From an uncultured bacterium (GTDB lineage: Bacteria; Actinomycetota; Coriobacteriia; Coriobacteriales; Coriobacteriaceae), in assembly GCA_905216175.1 (NCBI GenBank), contig CAJMSV010000002.1, positions 5,725 through 69,724 of the forward strand: a stretch of DNA of 64,000 bases, written 5' to 3'. Shown here piece by piece: positions 19,650 through 29,635 of this stretch. Numbering within the stretch: position 1 is the first letter of the stretch; every line of letters begins with the position of its first letter. The position numbers and the translations under genes were made by a program. The notes under the pieces were generated by a model, which had not been told where the DNA came from, made no database searches, and saw only the letters and a program-made list of their open reading frames with translations.

Positions 19650-20414
19650 CTAGCAAATGACCTGCGTATGCTCCTCGATGGCGGCACGATCTTCGGCGGC
19701 GATGCCCGGCTCGCACACCACGGCGTCCAGGCTGTCCAGACGGCAGAAGGTGTAGAAGTCGCGCTTGCCAATCTTGCTGGAATCGGCGATCAGATAGCGC
19801 GAGTCGGCCTTGCTAAAGGCGAGCTGCTGGATGCGGCCCTCTTCCATGTTAGACGTAGACACGTCGCCGTCCAAAATGCCGTTTGCGCCGATAAAGGCTG
19901 CGTCGATTCCCAGCGCGCGCAAGGTGTCCTCGGCCGTGGGGCCCACAAAGGCGGCAGTGCGGCGACGGTACACGCCGCCCACGAGGCACAGTTCGCAGTC
20001 TTCGCGCGCCTCGAGCAGGTTAAACACCGAAAGCGAATTGGTCACAATGCGCAGGCGAAACGCCGGCAGCATCGAGGCCATCTGCTCAACCGTGGTGCCC
20101 GTGCCCAAAAAGATGGTCGAGCCTTCCTCGATAAGCTCCACAGAACGGCGCGCAATCTGCAACTTTTCCTCGGCATGTTTCGTGCGCTTCTCGCTGTGCG
20201 AATACTCATGGCGCAGCATAGCGTGTGGACGGCTCTGCGCACTGCGGGCTCCGCCGTGCACGCGCTCGATCTCGCCCAGGCTCGCAAGCTCCTCAAGGTC
20301 ACGGCGGATCGTCATATCCGAGACACCTAACGCATCCGAAATCTCCTTGACCGAGACCGTTCCCTGTTCCTCGAGCAGCTGCCGAACCTTATCCTGTCGC
20401 TCCGCTTTAATCAC
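19650..20414 (-). CDS. DeoR/LacR-family transcriptional regulator
   Basis: VSDMTIRRDLEEL HTH, RVHGGA, FLGTGTT sensor motif; GTG start at 20414 after GAGGA. Confidence 0.9.
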   Translation of the reverse strand: MIKAERQDKVRQLLEEQGTVSVKEISDALGVSDMTIRRDLEELASLGEIERVHGGARSAQSRPHAMLRHEYSHSEKRTKHAEEKLQIARRSVELIEEGSTIFLGTGTTVEQMASMLPAFRLRIVTNSLSVFNLLEAREDCELCLVGGVYRRRTAAFVGPTAEDTLRALGIDAAFIGANGILDGDVSTSNMEEGRIQQLAFSKADSRYLIADSSKIGKRDFYTFCRLDSLDAVVCEPGIAAEDRAAIEEHTQVIC

Positions 20415-20619
20415 GATGAGTCCTCGCTGTTCCACGCTCACGTCAATTCAAACAATAACGAACAAATTGTATCAGACTCGCGCGCGTCAGAAATGAACGC
20501 CCGCACAGCTCCAATCATCACTTTTTTGAGAAAAATACCCCCTGCTTTAGTGGGGTGTAGTGATAATCTTGCCTGTTCGCGCTACAGTTTGTCGGTAATA
20601 CCTCGATGTTAGGAACCAA

Positions 20620-21672
20620 ATGATCACTTCCGAGCTTTTCGGCACCGCGCCGTGCGGTACCCCCGTTCATCGTTACACCCTCAACGGGCCCGAGATCTGC
20701 GTTCGCATTATGGACTATGGCGCCACCGTGCTGGGTATCGATGTGCCCGACATTCCCGGCAACGTGCGCGATGTGGTACTGGGCTTCGATAAGCTCGAGG
20801 ATTACTTTGACAACCCCGCCTGCTTTGGCGCGACCATCGGCCCCGTGGCAAACCGCACCGCGGGCGCCACGATCACCATCGACGGCACGGACTGGCACAT
20901 GCCGGCCAACGAAGGCGTCAACAACCTGCACAGCGATCTTGAGCATGGTCTGCACAAGCGCGTATGGGACGTTGAGCTCGACGAGACTCACAACGCCGTG
21001 CGCATGACCACCTCGCTTAAGGATGGCGAGCTGGGCCTGCCCGGCAACCGAACCTTTACGGCTGTGTTTACCGTTACGCGCACCGGCGTCTTCCGCATCG
21101 AGTATGGTTGCGAGAGCGACCGCGCCACCTACGTGTCCATGACCAACCACACGTACTTTAACCTTGCCGGCCATAACGCCGGCAAGGACTGTGAGCACTT
21201 CTTTATCGCCAACGCTGCCCACTACTTGCCCATTAACGAGCAGAACATCCCCACCGGCGAAATCGCTCCGGTCGAGGGAACACCGTTTGACTTTCGCGAG
21301 CTGCGCCCCGTCGCACCCGGCATGGAGGCCGACGACCCGCAGATTAAGCAGGCCCGTGGCTACGATCACTGCCTGTGCATCGATGGCTATCAGTACGGCC
21401 GCAACCTGCGTCGCGCCCTACATGTCGAGGAGATGTGGACCGGTCGTGAGCTGGACTACTACACCACCGCCCCGGGTGTGCAGCTCTACACCGGCAACTG
21501 GCTGGGCGACGAGCACGCCAAGGACGATGCCAACTATGGCTGGGGCGCCGGCTTTGCCCTCGAGGCCGAGATGTACCCCGACACGCCGCACCAGCCGCTG
21601 TTCCCGCAGGGCATTGTTGGTCCGGGTCACCCCTACAGCAATGTGATCGAGTACCACTTTATGAGGCACTAA
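20620..21672 (+). CDS. galM: Aldose 1-epimerase (galactose mutarotase)
   Basis: GATIGPVANR, NNLH, TNHTYFNL, GYDH and VQLYTGN motifs. Confidence 0.9.
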   Translation: MITSELFGTAPCGTPVHRYTLNGPEICVRIMDYGATVLGIDVPDIPGNVRDVVLGFDKLEDYFDNPACFGATIGPVANRTAGATITIDGTDWHMPANEGVNNLHSDLEHGLHKRVWDVELDETHNAVRMTTSLKDGELGLPGNRTFTAVFTVTRTGVFRIEYGCESDRATYVSMTNHTYFNLAGHNAGKDCEHFFIANAAHYLPINEQNIPTGEIAPVEGTPFDFRELRPVAPGMEADDPQIKQARGYDHCLCIDGYQYGRNLRRALHVEEMWTGRELDYYTTAPGVQLYTGNWLGDEHAKDDANYGWGAGFALEAEMYPDTPHQPLFPQGIVGPGHPYSNVIEYHFMRH

Positions 21673-21997
21673 ACTCACAACGCGACATATCACACAGCAA
21701 CGCCCGCCGGCACACCGCCGACGGGCGCTGCTTCATGCCTAAATCCTTCTTTTCGATGCCACCGAATTGGTGGCATAACAATACTATGCCGAATTACTAC
21801 GATGAACCCACTATGTCCGACCACGCGCTGGTTTATAAAAAATTAGCAACTCGTCTACCTGCGGTTTTATTCTCTGCAAATTTGGCATGCTCGGCGATAA
21901 GCAATTCATCGTAGTAAACCGGCATAGTTTTGGCGGACAGCGCCACACAGATCCCCTACGAAGGCAAAATGACCCGTTTTCCTCCGTCCCCAAGGGA

Positions 21998-22480
21998 TCA
22001 GTTGAACAGATTGCCGATGGGATCGGGGGCGGAACTGGGGAGATGGCGGATTTCTAGCTCTATACCGAGCTTTTGCAACTCTTTGAAGGCGGCGATGTCT
22101 GTATCGCCTACGGCAACGGCAGGCGTTGCAAAGCGCTTGCCCTCCCCCGCCCGCATATGGCCGATACTAATCTTGGTTATTGGCACACCGCCCTTAACCA
22201 GCGCGAGCGCATCGGAGGGTGAGGCCACCATGATCAGAATCCATTGACGCGGCGTTGCGGTATGAATGATGTCGATGGCCTTTTGTACCGAGAAAAACCG
22301 CGTCCAAACGCCTTCTGGCGCCGCCACCCTCATGGGTGCCCATTGGCGCGAATCTGCCGCGATCTCATCGTTGACGATTAGGACAAGGTTGGAACCCACG
22401 GCTTCGTTCCACAGCTCAACGTCTTGTCCGTAAATGAAACGGTCGTCGATACGTGTGAGAAGGATCTTGGGTTGAGCCAT
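21998..22480 (-). CDS. Mannose/GalNAc-family PTS EIIB paralogue lacking the catalytic His
   Basis: Full-length homologue of 31784-32266, but RIDDRFIYGQ replaces RIDNRLVHGQ. Confidence 0.8.
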   Translation of the reverse strand: MAQPKILLTRIDDRFIYGQDVELWNEAVGSNLVLIVNDEIAADSRQWAPMRVAAPEGVWTRFFSVQKAIDIIHTATPRQWILIMVASPSDALALVKGGVPITKISIGHMRAGEGKRFATPAVAVGDTDIAAFKELQKLGIELEIRHLPSSAPDPIGNLFN

Positions 22481-22687
22481 GGCTGCCCCATTCTGTTTGA
22501 GACCCATACGAGCGGGACGTCGACCACCAACTCAACAGCTGGTCAAGCGCCAGATGGACGCCGCAGACATCACGCCTCCAATATTAGTGCATTTAAAGTG
22601 AGAAAAGCCGTCAGAACACTTGCGCGGATTTGCGATGTCCCGTATCATAGACAGCCGTGGACGCCTCAGTTGCGTCACCACATGGTC

Positions 22688-22763
22688 GCCAGCGTAGCTC
22701 AGTTGGTAGAGCACCGCTCTCGTAAAGCGGGGGTCACCGGTTCGAGCCCGGTCGCTGGCTCCA
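22688..22763 (+). tRNA. tRNA-Thr(CGT)
   Basis: GCCAGCG acceptor stem, D-arm AGCTCAGTTGGTAGAGC, anticodon arm CCGCT-CTCGTAA-AGCGG, GGTTCGAGCCC T-arm, encoded CCA. Confidence 0.97.
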
Positions 22764-22774
22764 TTGCACAAGAT

Positions 22775-22800
22775 AGTCGCCTTCGGGCGGCTTTTTTGTT
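22775..22800 (+). terminator. Terminator after the tRNA
   Basis: AGTCGCC-TTCG-GGCGGCT stem plus TTTTT. Confidence 0.85.
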
Positions 22801-22971
22801 GCCGTTTTCGGGCGCGCATCCGCCAATCCAAGCACAACGCCGCCGGAAACTCCCCTACTCAACAAAAGCCCCGCCAACCGCAATCCCCAAAGGAACCGCG
22901 TTCAGCGGGGCCCAAGCGAGCTCCCCCAAGGGATAACGCTCGCAACACGAACAGCTCAGCCGAGCAGCGCG

Positions 22972-23445
22972 CTACTCCTCCCAGTAAGCATCTGCAAGCA
23001 GCTTAAAGCAAATCTTCTTGACCGGCTGCGCGCCATCGCCCGGGAACTCGAGCGTGGGCATGTGAGGCTCGCCGGCAACAAACAGCGCAAACTTGTCGTC
23101 AGCAAGATCGCCAGCGATCGAGGCGTCGGAATCGACCAGATCGTAGTCGTCCTTCTCGTCGAACTCCTGGACCAGCGTCAGGCTGCCCGTGGCAACCTTA
23201 AAGGCCTCGCGACCCTCGACGTCAATCTGCAGGTCGTGATAGCGCTGATGCGTCTCATAGTGAGCCTCGGCTTCGGGACGCGTCGTGGGAGCCATGACGT
23301 TCGCAAAGACCTTGTCGCCCAGAATCGGATGGCTGCCGACCTCGAGCTTCGCCGGATCGTTCTCCTCGAGCCAATCGATCAGCACGTCGAGGCCCTTGAG
23401 CATTCCACGGTACTCCTCGATATCGCCCAATGCACCGTAAATCAT
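22972..23445 (-). CDS. YhcH/YjgK/YiaL (NanQ-like) family protein
   Basis: YETHQRYHDLQ...G.E, FVAGEPHMP and VKKICFK motifs. Confidence 0.85.
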   Translation of the reverse strand: MIYGALGDIEEYRGMLKGLDVLIDWLEENDPAKLEVGSHPILGDKVFANVMAPTTRPEAEAHYETHQRYHDLQIDVEGREAFKVATGSLTLVQEFDEKDDYDLVDSDASIAGDLADDKFALFVAGEPHMPTLEFPGDGAQPVKKICFKLLADAYWEE

Positions 23446-23477
23446 CTAAATCCCCTCTCGGATCGTTTCTTTGGCGG

Positions 23478-23609
23478 CTACTCGGCAAACGCATTACCGA
23501 CGCTGTTGCCACCCACATGCGTCTCGACCAGGGTAAGGTCGGGATTGAACACGACGGTGTCGGCGTCGCGCCCCGGCATAATGCTACTGCACTTGTCGTC
23601 GACATGAGC
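23478..23609 (-). pseudogene. 3' remnant (43 codons plus stop) of a nagA/agaA deacetylase
   Basis: Manual translation AHVDDKCSSIMPGRDADTVVFNPDLTLVETHVGGNSVGNAFAE* aligns with the C-terminus of 26336-27505. Confidence 0.85.
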
Positions 23610-23642
23610 TAGCAACCGATGCCGGGGCCGCAGCACAAGCTC

Positions 23643-24578
23643 CTACAGCTCGGTCACGACAACGCCGTTGTAAACCTCGTCCCAACGATCCATAACCAAG
23701 TGGCCAGTCATGGGATCCATGGCATTGAGCTTGCCGCAGGTGTTGGCGGTACGCAGCACCGTCTCGTCGTCGGCGCCGGCAGCAATCGCATGTGCGAAGC
23801 CGGCAATGGTCGAATCGCCAGAGCCCGTAGCGTTAACGGCGGGGATATCGGGGGTCTTGGCGCGGAACGCACGGCCGTTATGGAAACCAACGGAGCCGGC
23901 AGCGCCCATGGATACGACGACCCAGGGGATATCGGAGAAGCGGGCGTCAGAGGCGAGCGCGGAACGGAGCTCGTCCACATCGTCGGTGGTAAAGCTCGTG
24001 CCCAGAAGGCCGTTAATTTCGGTCAGGTTAGGCTTAACCAGCTCAGGCTTGACCTCGGACTTGAGCGCAGCCTCAAGCGAGGCACCCGAGGTATCGAGCA
24101 GCACCTTGGCGCCGGCGTTCTCGGCAATGCCCGTGATCTTGGCATAGTAGTCCGCCTCGACGCCGCGGGGCAGCGAACCCGAGATGGTAACGACATCGGC
24201 CTTGCTCGCAAGCTCGGCGAACTTGGCGGTAAAGGCATCGAGCTCCTCGGGGGCAATCGTCGGGCCGCTCTCGAGCAGCTCGGTCTGGTTGCCGGCATGA
24301 AGGATATTGAGGCAGATGCGGGTCTCGCCCTTGATGGGCACAAAATCATTCTTAATGCCGTTGGCATCCATGAGCTCGGCCATATAGGCGCCCATATGAC
24401 CACCAAGCAGGCCGGTTGCCACGACATCGTCACCCAGCTGACCCAGGACGCGGGCCACGTTGAGGCCCTTACCGCCGGCGGTCTTTTCGGGCGTCACGCG
24501 GTTGACGTCGTCGATAATGAGCTCATCGAGCTGATAGCGCGTATCGACGGACGGGTTCATCGTAACGGTGAGGATCAT
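23643..24578 (-). CDS. lacC: PfkB-family hexose-phosphate kinase (tagatose-6-phosphate kinase LacC-like)
   Basis: MILTVTMNPSVD, AGGKGLNVA, KPNLTE and NATGSGDST motifs. Confidence 0.75.
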   Translation of the reverse strand: MILTVTMNPSVDTRYQLDELIIDDVNRVTPEKTAGGKGLNVARVLGQLGDDVVATGLLGGHMGAYMAELMDANGIKNDFVPIKGETRICLNILHAGNQTELLESGPTIAPEELDAFTAKFAELASKADVVTISGSLPRGVEADYYAKITGIAENAGAKVLLDTSGASLEAALKSEVKPELVKPNLTEINGLLGTSFTTDDVDELRSALASDARFSDIPWVVVSMGAAGSVGFHNGRAFRAKTPDIPAVNATGSGDSTIAGFAHAIAAGADDETVLRTANTCGKLNAMDPMTGHLVMDRWDEVYNGVVVTEL

Positions 24579-24637
24579 TTCTAGCTCCTTATCTCGCAGG
24601 CTCCTTATGCCTTGCAAAACGAATTGGCTACATGCGA

Positions 24638-25519
24638 CTACAGAATCTCGATTGTGAACGAGCGCACGATGGTTTCTTTGGGCTTGGCGATAAGGCAGCC
24701 GCGCTTGTGCTCAAGCACGTCATCCTCATCGGAACAGGTCGAGAGGCCGCCCCAGGGTTCAACTGCCACAAAATCACCCTCGGGCTTGCTCCACACAATG
24801 AGGTACGGGAAGCCCTCAAAGCTCAGGCGAACGCCCTTGTCCTCGCCCTTTTTGGAAAGCGTGACCTGACGGCTCTCGAGCACGTCAAAGATGGTCTCCG
24901 CAAAATCGAAGAGCTCATGCGACAAAGGCAGCGTCTTTCCCACCATGGGGTTCTTGGAGCGCCTGTCCACATCAATCAATCCGGTCGAGGGAACGGCGGT
25001 GCAGAGCTCCGCAGCCTCGTCTTTCTCAAAACGCAACTCGTAGTCCGTATAGGACTCGCCCTCGTCGAGCGGACACCTAAAGCCGGGGTGTCCACCGATA
25101 AAGAAAGGCATGTCCTCGGTGCCCTCGTTGGTAACCTCATAGGAGACACGCACGGCGGCGTCCTCGAGCGTATAGCGGGCGACAAGTTTAAACGGATACG
25201 GATAATCGCTCAGCAGCGCGGCGTTATCCTCGGATGCCAGGCACATAGCCAGCTCGTTTGTGCTTTGGCTCAACAGCTTCCACTCCTGCTTGCGCGCAAA
25301 GCCGTGGCGGGCGAGCTTCACATGATGTCCGGCAAACGTCATGGCGCTGTTATCGCGCAAACCTCCGCAAATCGGGAAGCAAATCGGTGCCTGGCCGGAC
25401 CACACGGCGGGATCGCCCTGCCACAAGTACTCGCGACCTCCAGCCTCAATCGAGGTAAACGAGCCGCCGGCCGTGGAGACCTTGATAGAAATCGAATCGT
25501 TGGAGAGAGCGTATTCCAT
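24638..25519 (-). CDS. Aldose-1-epimerase family protein (LacX-like)
   Basis: EYLWQGDPAVWSGQAPICFP, RHGFAR, GGHPGF and FVAVEPW motifs. Confidence 0.85.
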   Translation of the reverse strand: MEYALSNDSISIKVSTAGGSFTSIEAGGREYLWQGDPAVWSGQAPICFPICGGLRDNSAMTFAGHHVKLARHGFARKQEWKLLSQSTNELAMCLASEDNAALLSDYPYPFKLVARYTLEDAAVRVSYEVTNEGTEDMPFFIGGHPGFRCPLDEGESYTDYELRFEKDEAAELCTAVPSTGLIDVDRRSKNPMVGKTLPLSHELFDFAETIFDVLESRQVTLSKKGEDKGVRLSFEGFPYLIVWSKPEGDFVAVEPWGGLSTCSDEDDVLEHKRGCLIAKPKETIVRSFTIEIL

Positions 25520-25675
25520 TGTCCATCCTTTCGAACAACTGCTTTTTGCTCACAAGAACCCGTCTCGGCCCTGACCAAAGGACAAACCCGCACGTTCATC
25601 GATGCGTCCGGTTTCCCAGGCATGCAACGGGGTACCATACAGACATTGATGCAATTACAGCTGAAAGGCCTTCTT

Positions 25676-26260
25676 ATGCGAACCATCATCCTTTATGCCT
25701 CACGCCACCACGGCAATACGAAAAAGCTCGTGGACGCCATCGTTGAGGCACACCCCGAAATCGATACCCTCGACGTGAAGTCACTAGGTAAAAACGAGTA
25801 CCCCGACCTGCACGAATACCATCTGATCGGTGTCGCCACGGGCATCTATTACTCCGAGATCGACAAAGATATGGCGCGCGTGCTCACGAACGTGCTGCAG
25901 CCGCAGGACAAGGTGTTTGGCCTTATGACCTACGGTGGCAAAAACAAGTGGTACGGCAAGGATATCGATGGCATCTGCCGCATGAGGCAGGCCATCTTTA
26001 TGGGTGTCTACGGCTGCCCCGGATTTGACACGTGGGGTCCGTTCAAGATTACCGGCGGCGTCCAGAAGGGACACCCGACCGCTGAGGAAATTAAGGGCGC
26101 CGTCGACTTCTTCGACAAGATCGAAGACGAGTATGGCGACATCATCGTCGAAGAGTACGCCAAGCGCGAGAAGCGTCTAGCATACGAAAAGGAGCATCCC
26201 GCGGGGGGTCTTGTGGCCGGCGTCAAGCGCACGGCAAAGAAGATCGCTAACAAGCTGTAA
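25676..26260 (+). CDS. Flavodoxin-domain protein
   Basis: Real start is MRTIILYASRHHGNTKKL inside the long ORF 24632-26260; CPGFDTWGPFK..GG..KGHP motif. Confidence 0.8.
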   Translation: MRTIILYASRHHGNTKKLVDAIVEAHPEIDTLDVKSLGKNEYPDLHEYHLIGVATGIYYSEIDKDMARVLTNVLQPQDKVFGLMTYGGKNKWYGKDIDGICRMRQAIFMGVYGCPGFDTWGPFKITGGVQKGHPTAEEIKGAVDFFDKIEDEYGDIIVEEYAKREKRLAYEKEHPAGGLVAGVKRTAKKIANKL

Positions 26261-26335
26261 CTGTTAAGGTGCTTTTGAGCGTTTAACCCATACGGCGGGT
26301 CCGAGCAGATTCGGGCCCGCCGTCTTTTTCTATCG

Positions 26336-27505
26336 TTACTCGGTAAAGGCGTTGCCGCCGCTCTGGCCGCCAACATACGTCTCGACGAGGGTGAGCTCAT
26401 GGTCGAACACGACAAAGTCGGCGTCGCGACCCGGCATGATGCTGCCGCACTTATCCTCGATGTGCGCGGAGCGTGCCGGCACCTCAGTTGCCATGCGAAT
26501 GGCGATATCGGCGCTGGCGATGCCCCAGTCGACGATGTTCTTGACGCCCTGGGCAAGCGTGAGCACCGAGCCGGCAATGCTCTTGCCGTCGGCGAGCCAG
26601 CACAGGTTGTCCTTCATGATGACGTCCATGCCGCCACTAGTGTAGCTGCCCTCGGGCATGCCGCCGCAACCCAGGCAGTCGGTGATGAGTACCGTGTGCT
26701 GCCAGCCCTTTGCCTGCAGCAGCGCCTTGATGGCGGCAGGGTTTACGTGCTTGCCGTCACAGATGATCTCGGCGTAGGTCTCGGGCGTGGACATGGCAGC
26801 ACCCACGACACCGGGCTCACGGTGATGCAGACCGCGCTGGCCGTTATAGGTATGCGTAAAGCAGCTGGCACCGGCATTGATAGCGGCGATGCACTCATCG
26901 TAGGTGGCGTCGGAGTGACCGATGCTGGTCACCACGCCCTTGGCGTTCAGAGCAGCCGCATAAGCAGCGGCACCGTCGCGCTCGGCGGCCATGGCGCTCT
27001 TAACGATGCGACCGCCCGCAGCCTCCTGCCACTGGTCGAAAACCTCCTCGGAGGGGTCAATCAGGTAAGCGGGGTTCTGCGCGCCCACGTGCTTCATGGT
27101 AAAGAAGGGGCCCTCCAGGTAGATGCCCTGAATGCGGGCACCGCAGAAGTCGGGGCCGCGGCCCTCGTCCGCCTTGGCGATAGCAGCGCAAGCGTCCTTG
27201 ATCTGTTCGACGCCATCGGTGAACGTCGTGGGCAGCCAGCTGGTGGTACCGCGACGGGCGAGCTCGGTCGAGCTGATATCAATGCCCTCGGGATCGTTAT
27301 CGGTAGTCGAGTGGTTATAGAAGCCATGGATGTGGGTATCGACCATACCCGGTGCGATCCACGATCCCGTGTAGTCCTTAATCTCGCAAGAGGGCTCGTC
27401 GGCCTGCCAGGCGCCAAAAACGCCATCCTCGACCATAAGATAGCCGCCCAGTTGCGGGCCCGCCGGCAAGAAGAACTTGTCAGCCTTAATTGCGTACGTG
27501 CTCAT
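26336..27505 (-). CDS. nagA: N-acetylglucosamine/galactosamine-6-phosphate deacetylase
   Basis: PGMVDTHIHG, LEGPF, GAQNP, GHSDA, THTYNG, DGKHV and IAGS motifs; GAGGAG RBS. Confidence 0.92.
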   Translation of the reverse strand: MSTYAIKADKFFLPAGPQLGGYLMVEDGVFGAWQADEPSCEIKDYTGSWIAPGMVDTHIHGFYNHSTTDNDPEGIDISSTELARRGTTSWLPTTFTDGVEQIKDACAAIAKADEGRGPDFCGARIQGIYLEGPFFTMKHVGAQNPAYLIDPSEEVFDQWQEAAGGRIVKSAMAAERDGAAAYAAALNAKGVVTSIGHSDATYDECIAAINAGASCFTHTYNGQRGLHHREPGVVGAAMSTPETYAEIICDGKHVNPAAIKALLQAKGWQHTVLITDCLGCGGMPEGSYTSGGMDVIMKDNLCWLADGKSIAGSVLTLAQGVKNIVDWGIASADIAIRMATEVPARSAHIEDKCGSIMPGRDADFVVFDHELTLVETYVGGQSGGNAFTE

Positions 27506-27622
27506 ATGCACTCCTCGCTTCTAAAGCAGTTGACTGTGGTGATGCTTATACCCAGCTCACGTAAAACAAAAAGCGCCCGCCCGCCGTTATGAGCGGACGG
27601 GCGCCCTTACAGGGGGACGCGA

Positions 27623-28789
27623 TTAAGCGGTGAAGGGGTGAATCGTCACGCCCTTAACCACGCGGTTGACCGTGCCGGTGGGGCTCGGCGTATCGGGCGT
27701 GTTGCCCACGCGCACGGAGTTGAGCAGGCTGATAGCCTGGGCAAACATCACGAACGGCAGGGCAAGGTAGCCCTCGGGAAGCGCCTCGTAGCCCTTAAAG
27801 GTGAAGGACTCGCCCTCGTAGACGGTAGCGCCATCCTGCTGAACGGCAACGGTGTGCTGAGCGATCTTGTCGCCACCGATCTCGTTGAGGATGTCGATGT
27901 CGTACTGACGGGTGTAGGCGTCGTTGTTGACGAACACGAAGACGAGCGTCTTATCGTCGACGAAGGACTTAGGTCCATGACGATAGCCCATGGAGGTGTC
28001 GTAGGAAGTAGCGACCAGACCGTGAGCGAGCTCGAGGATCTTGAGCTGGCTCTCCTGGGCAAGGCCACCGAAGGAGCCAGAACCCAAGTAGGTCACGCGG
28101 TTGAAGTCGCCAGCCAGGTAATCGGCGATCTCGGGCTCACGGGAGATGACCTCCTCGCCCATCTTGGCAATCGTCTCGACCCACTCGGCCTTCTGCTCAT
28201 CAGAGGCAGTGTCGAAAATAAGGGTAGAGAGCAGGGTCATGCAGGAATAAGAACCGGTCATGGCGAAGCCCTTGTCGTTGGCGCGCGGAATGAGCAGCGT
28301 CAGCGCGTTGGGATCATCGGCAGACTCGACGGCGAGCTTGCCCTCGGGAGCGCAGGTGATGTTGAGGAACTTGACGTTGTGGACGAGCTCCTTGGCAACG
28401 GCAACGGCGGCAAGGCTCTCGGGGCTGTTGCCAGAGCGGGCGAAGGAAACCACGAGCGTGGGATCCTCGGCGCGCAGGAAGTCGCGCGGGGCGCTCACGA
28501 TGTCGGTCGTGGCGATGGGCTTAAAGTCGTAGAGATCAGTGTTGCCAGCGTGACGCAGGTACGGGGCGCAGGTATCGCCAACGTAGTCGGACGTACCGGC
28601 ACCGGTGAAGACAACGGACAGACGACCCTCGCCCATAGCGCGAGCCTCGGCCAGGAAGGCCTCGATGGCCTCCTTGTTCTCGCGATAGATGTTGAGCGTA
28701 TCACGCCAAAGCTCGGGCTGCTGAGCAATCTCGGCCGTGGTGATCTGGGCGCCGAGCTCGGTGAGCTCCTCGACACTCTTCTCGAACAT
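27623..28789 (-). CDS. agaS: SIS-domain galactosamine-6-phosphate deaminase/isomerase
   Basis: TAEIAQQP, TGAGTS, SFARSGNSPES, GFAMTGS, RHGPKS and TVNRVVKGV motifs. Confidence 0.88.
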   Translation of the reverse strand: MFEKSVEELTELGAQITTAEIAQQPELWRDTLNIYRENKEAIEAFLAEARAMGEGRLSVVFTGAGTSDYVGDTCAPYLRHAGNTDLYDFKPIATTDIVSAPRDFLRAEDPTLVVSFARSGNSPESLAAVAVAKELVHNVKFLNITCAPEGKLAVESADDPNALTLLIPRANDKGFAMTGSYSCMTLLSTLIFDTASDEQKAEWVETIAKMGEEVISREPEIADYLAGDFNRVTYLGSGSFGGLAQESQLKILELAHGLVATSYDTSMGYRHGPKSFVDDKTLVFVFVNNDAYTRQYDIDILNEIGGDKIAQHTVAVQQDGATVYEGESFTFKGYEALPEGYLALPFVMFAQAISLLNSVRVGNTPDTPSPTGTVNRVVKGVTIHPFTA

Positions 28790-28850
28790 TTCTAATACCT
28801 CTCTCTAGAAGTAATCCTCTGACGTGCAATTATACACTTCGGTTGGTTAT

Positions 28851-28864
28851 CTGGTAGTAACCAG
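28851..28864. promoter_or_regulatory. NagR/DasR-like operator upstream of agaS
   Basis: CTGGTAGTAACCAG pseudo-palindrome, repeated at 33144-33157. Confidence 0.65.
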
Positions 28865-28903
28865 TTAAATGCAAAGAATCATCATATGGAAACGATGCGA
28901 ACA

Positions 28904-29635
28904 CTAGTCGCTACGCTGGTGGTAAACCTTGTATTTAAACTGATCGGCACGAGCAACCGAGAGTGTGTACTCCACAACCTCGTTTGACTCGTTATACGTA
29001 GTCCTGACCAAATCGAGCACAGGCGAGCCCTCGACAATTCCCAAAAGGTGGGCGTCGGTGGGACGGGCTATGCTCGCATAGAACTCCTCTTCGGCCACGC
29101 GTATCTTTTGCTGAAAGTCTTGCTCAATCACATCGTAAAGCGGCTTACGCTCCAGTAGCGGTCGCTTTAGGGACAGAAATTGACGAACCGGTAGATAGCT
29201 GCGTTCGACCATCATGGGCATGTTGTCGGCAGAACGAAGGCGCTTAAGCTTAAAAATGCGATCACCGATACGCAATCCCATATGCTCGGCCAGATTTTTA
29301 TCGGCCTCCATCTCGCAAAACTCGAGAATCGTGGTCTCGGGGTCGCGACCCATCGCGCGCATCTGCTCGGTAAAGCTGTAGGACTGCATAAGATTGGTTG
29401 CTTTTGCCGAACGGTCGGTCACAAAGGTACCGCGACCGTGCTGCCGAACCACCAGTCCTAAACGCTCCAGTTCCTGCAGAGCCAGGCGTACCGTAGTGCG
29501 CGAGAGACCATAGCGCTCCGAAAGTTCGCGCTCGGAAGGAATCATGTCACCGGCGCGATATTCATGGTCGATCTTTTCGGTCAGAATATCGACCAGCTGA
29601 TCGTACAGCGGTTGCTTACGCGCTCCGATCGCCAT
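28904..29635 (-). CDS. GntR (HutC/NagR-like) regulator of the amino-sugar cluster
   Basis: [28 protein letters not shown] and UTRA domain. Confidence 0.9.
   Translation of the reverse strand: MAIGARKQPLYDQLVDILTEKIDHEYRAGDMIPSERELSERYGLSRTTVRLALQELERLGLVVRQHGRGTFVTDRSAKATNLMQSYSFTEQMRAMGRDPETTILEFCEMEADKNLAEHMGLRIGDRIFKLKRLRSADNMPMMVERSYLPVRQFLSLKRPLLERKPLYDVIEQDFQQKIRVAEEEFYASIARPTDAHLLGIVEGSPVLDLVRTTYNESNEVVEYTLSVARADQFKYKVYHQRSD

Noticed and set aside
22688..22800. tRNA-Thr as an integration site of a genomic island
   Set aside because: I found no duplicate of the tRNA 3' end and no integrase in the window; the tRNA is followed directly by its terminator.
24632..25675. N-terminal 348 codons of the 542-aa plus-strand ORF
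   Set aside because: Mostly antisense to the LacX-like gene; the flavodoxin begins at 25676.
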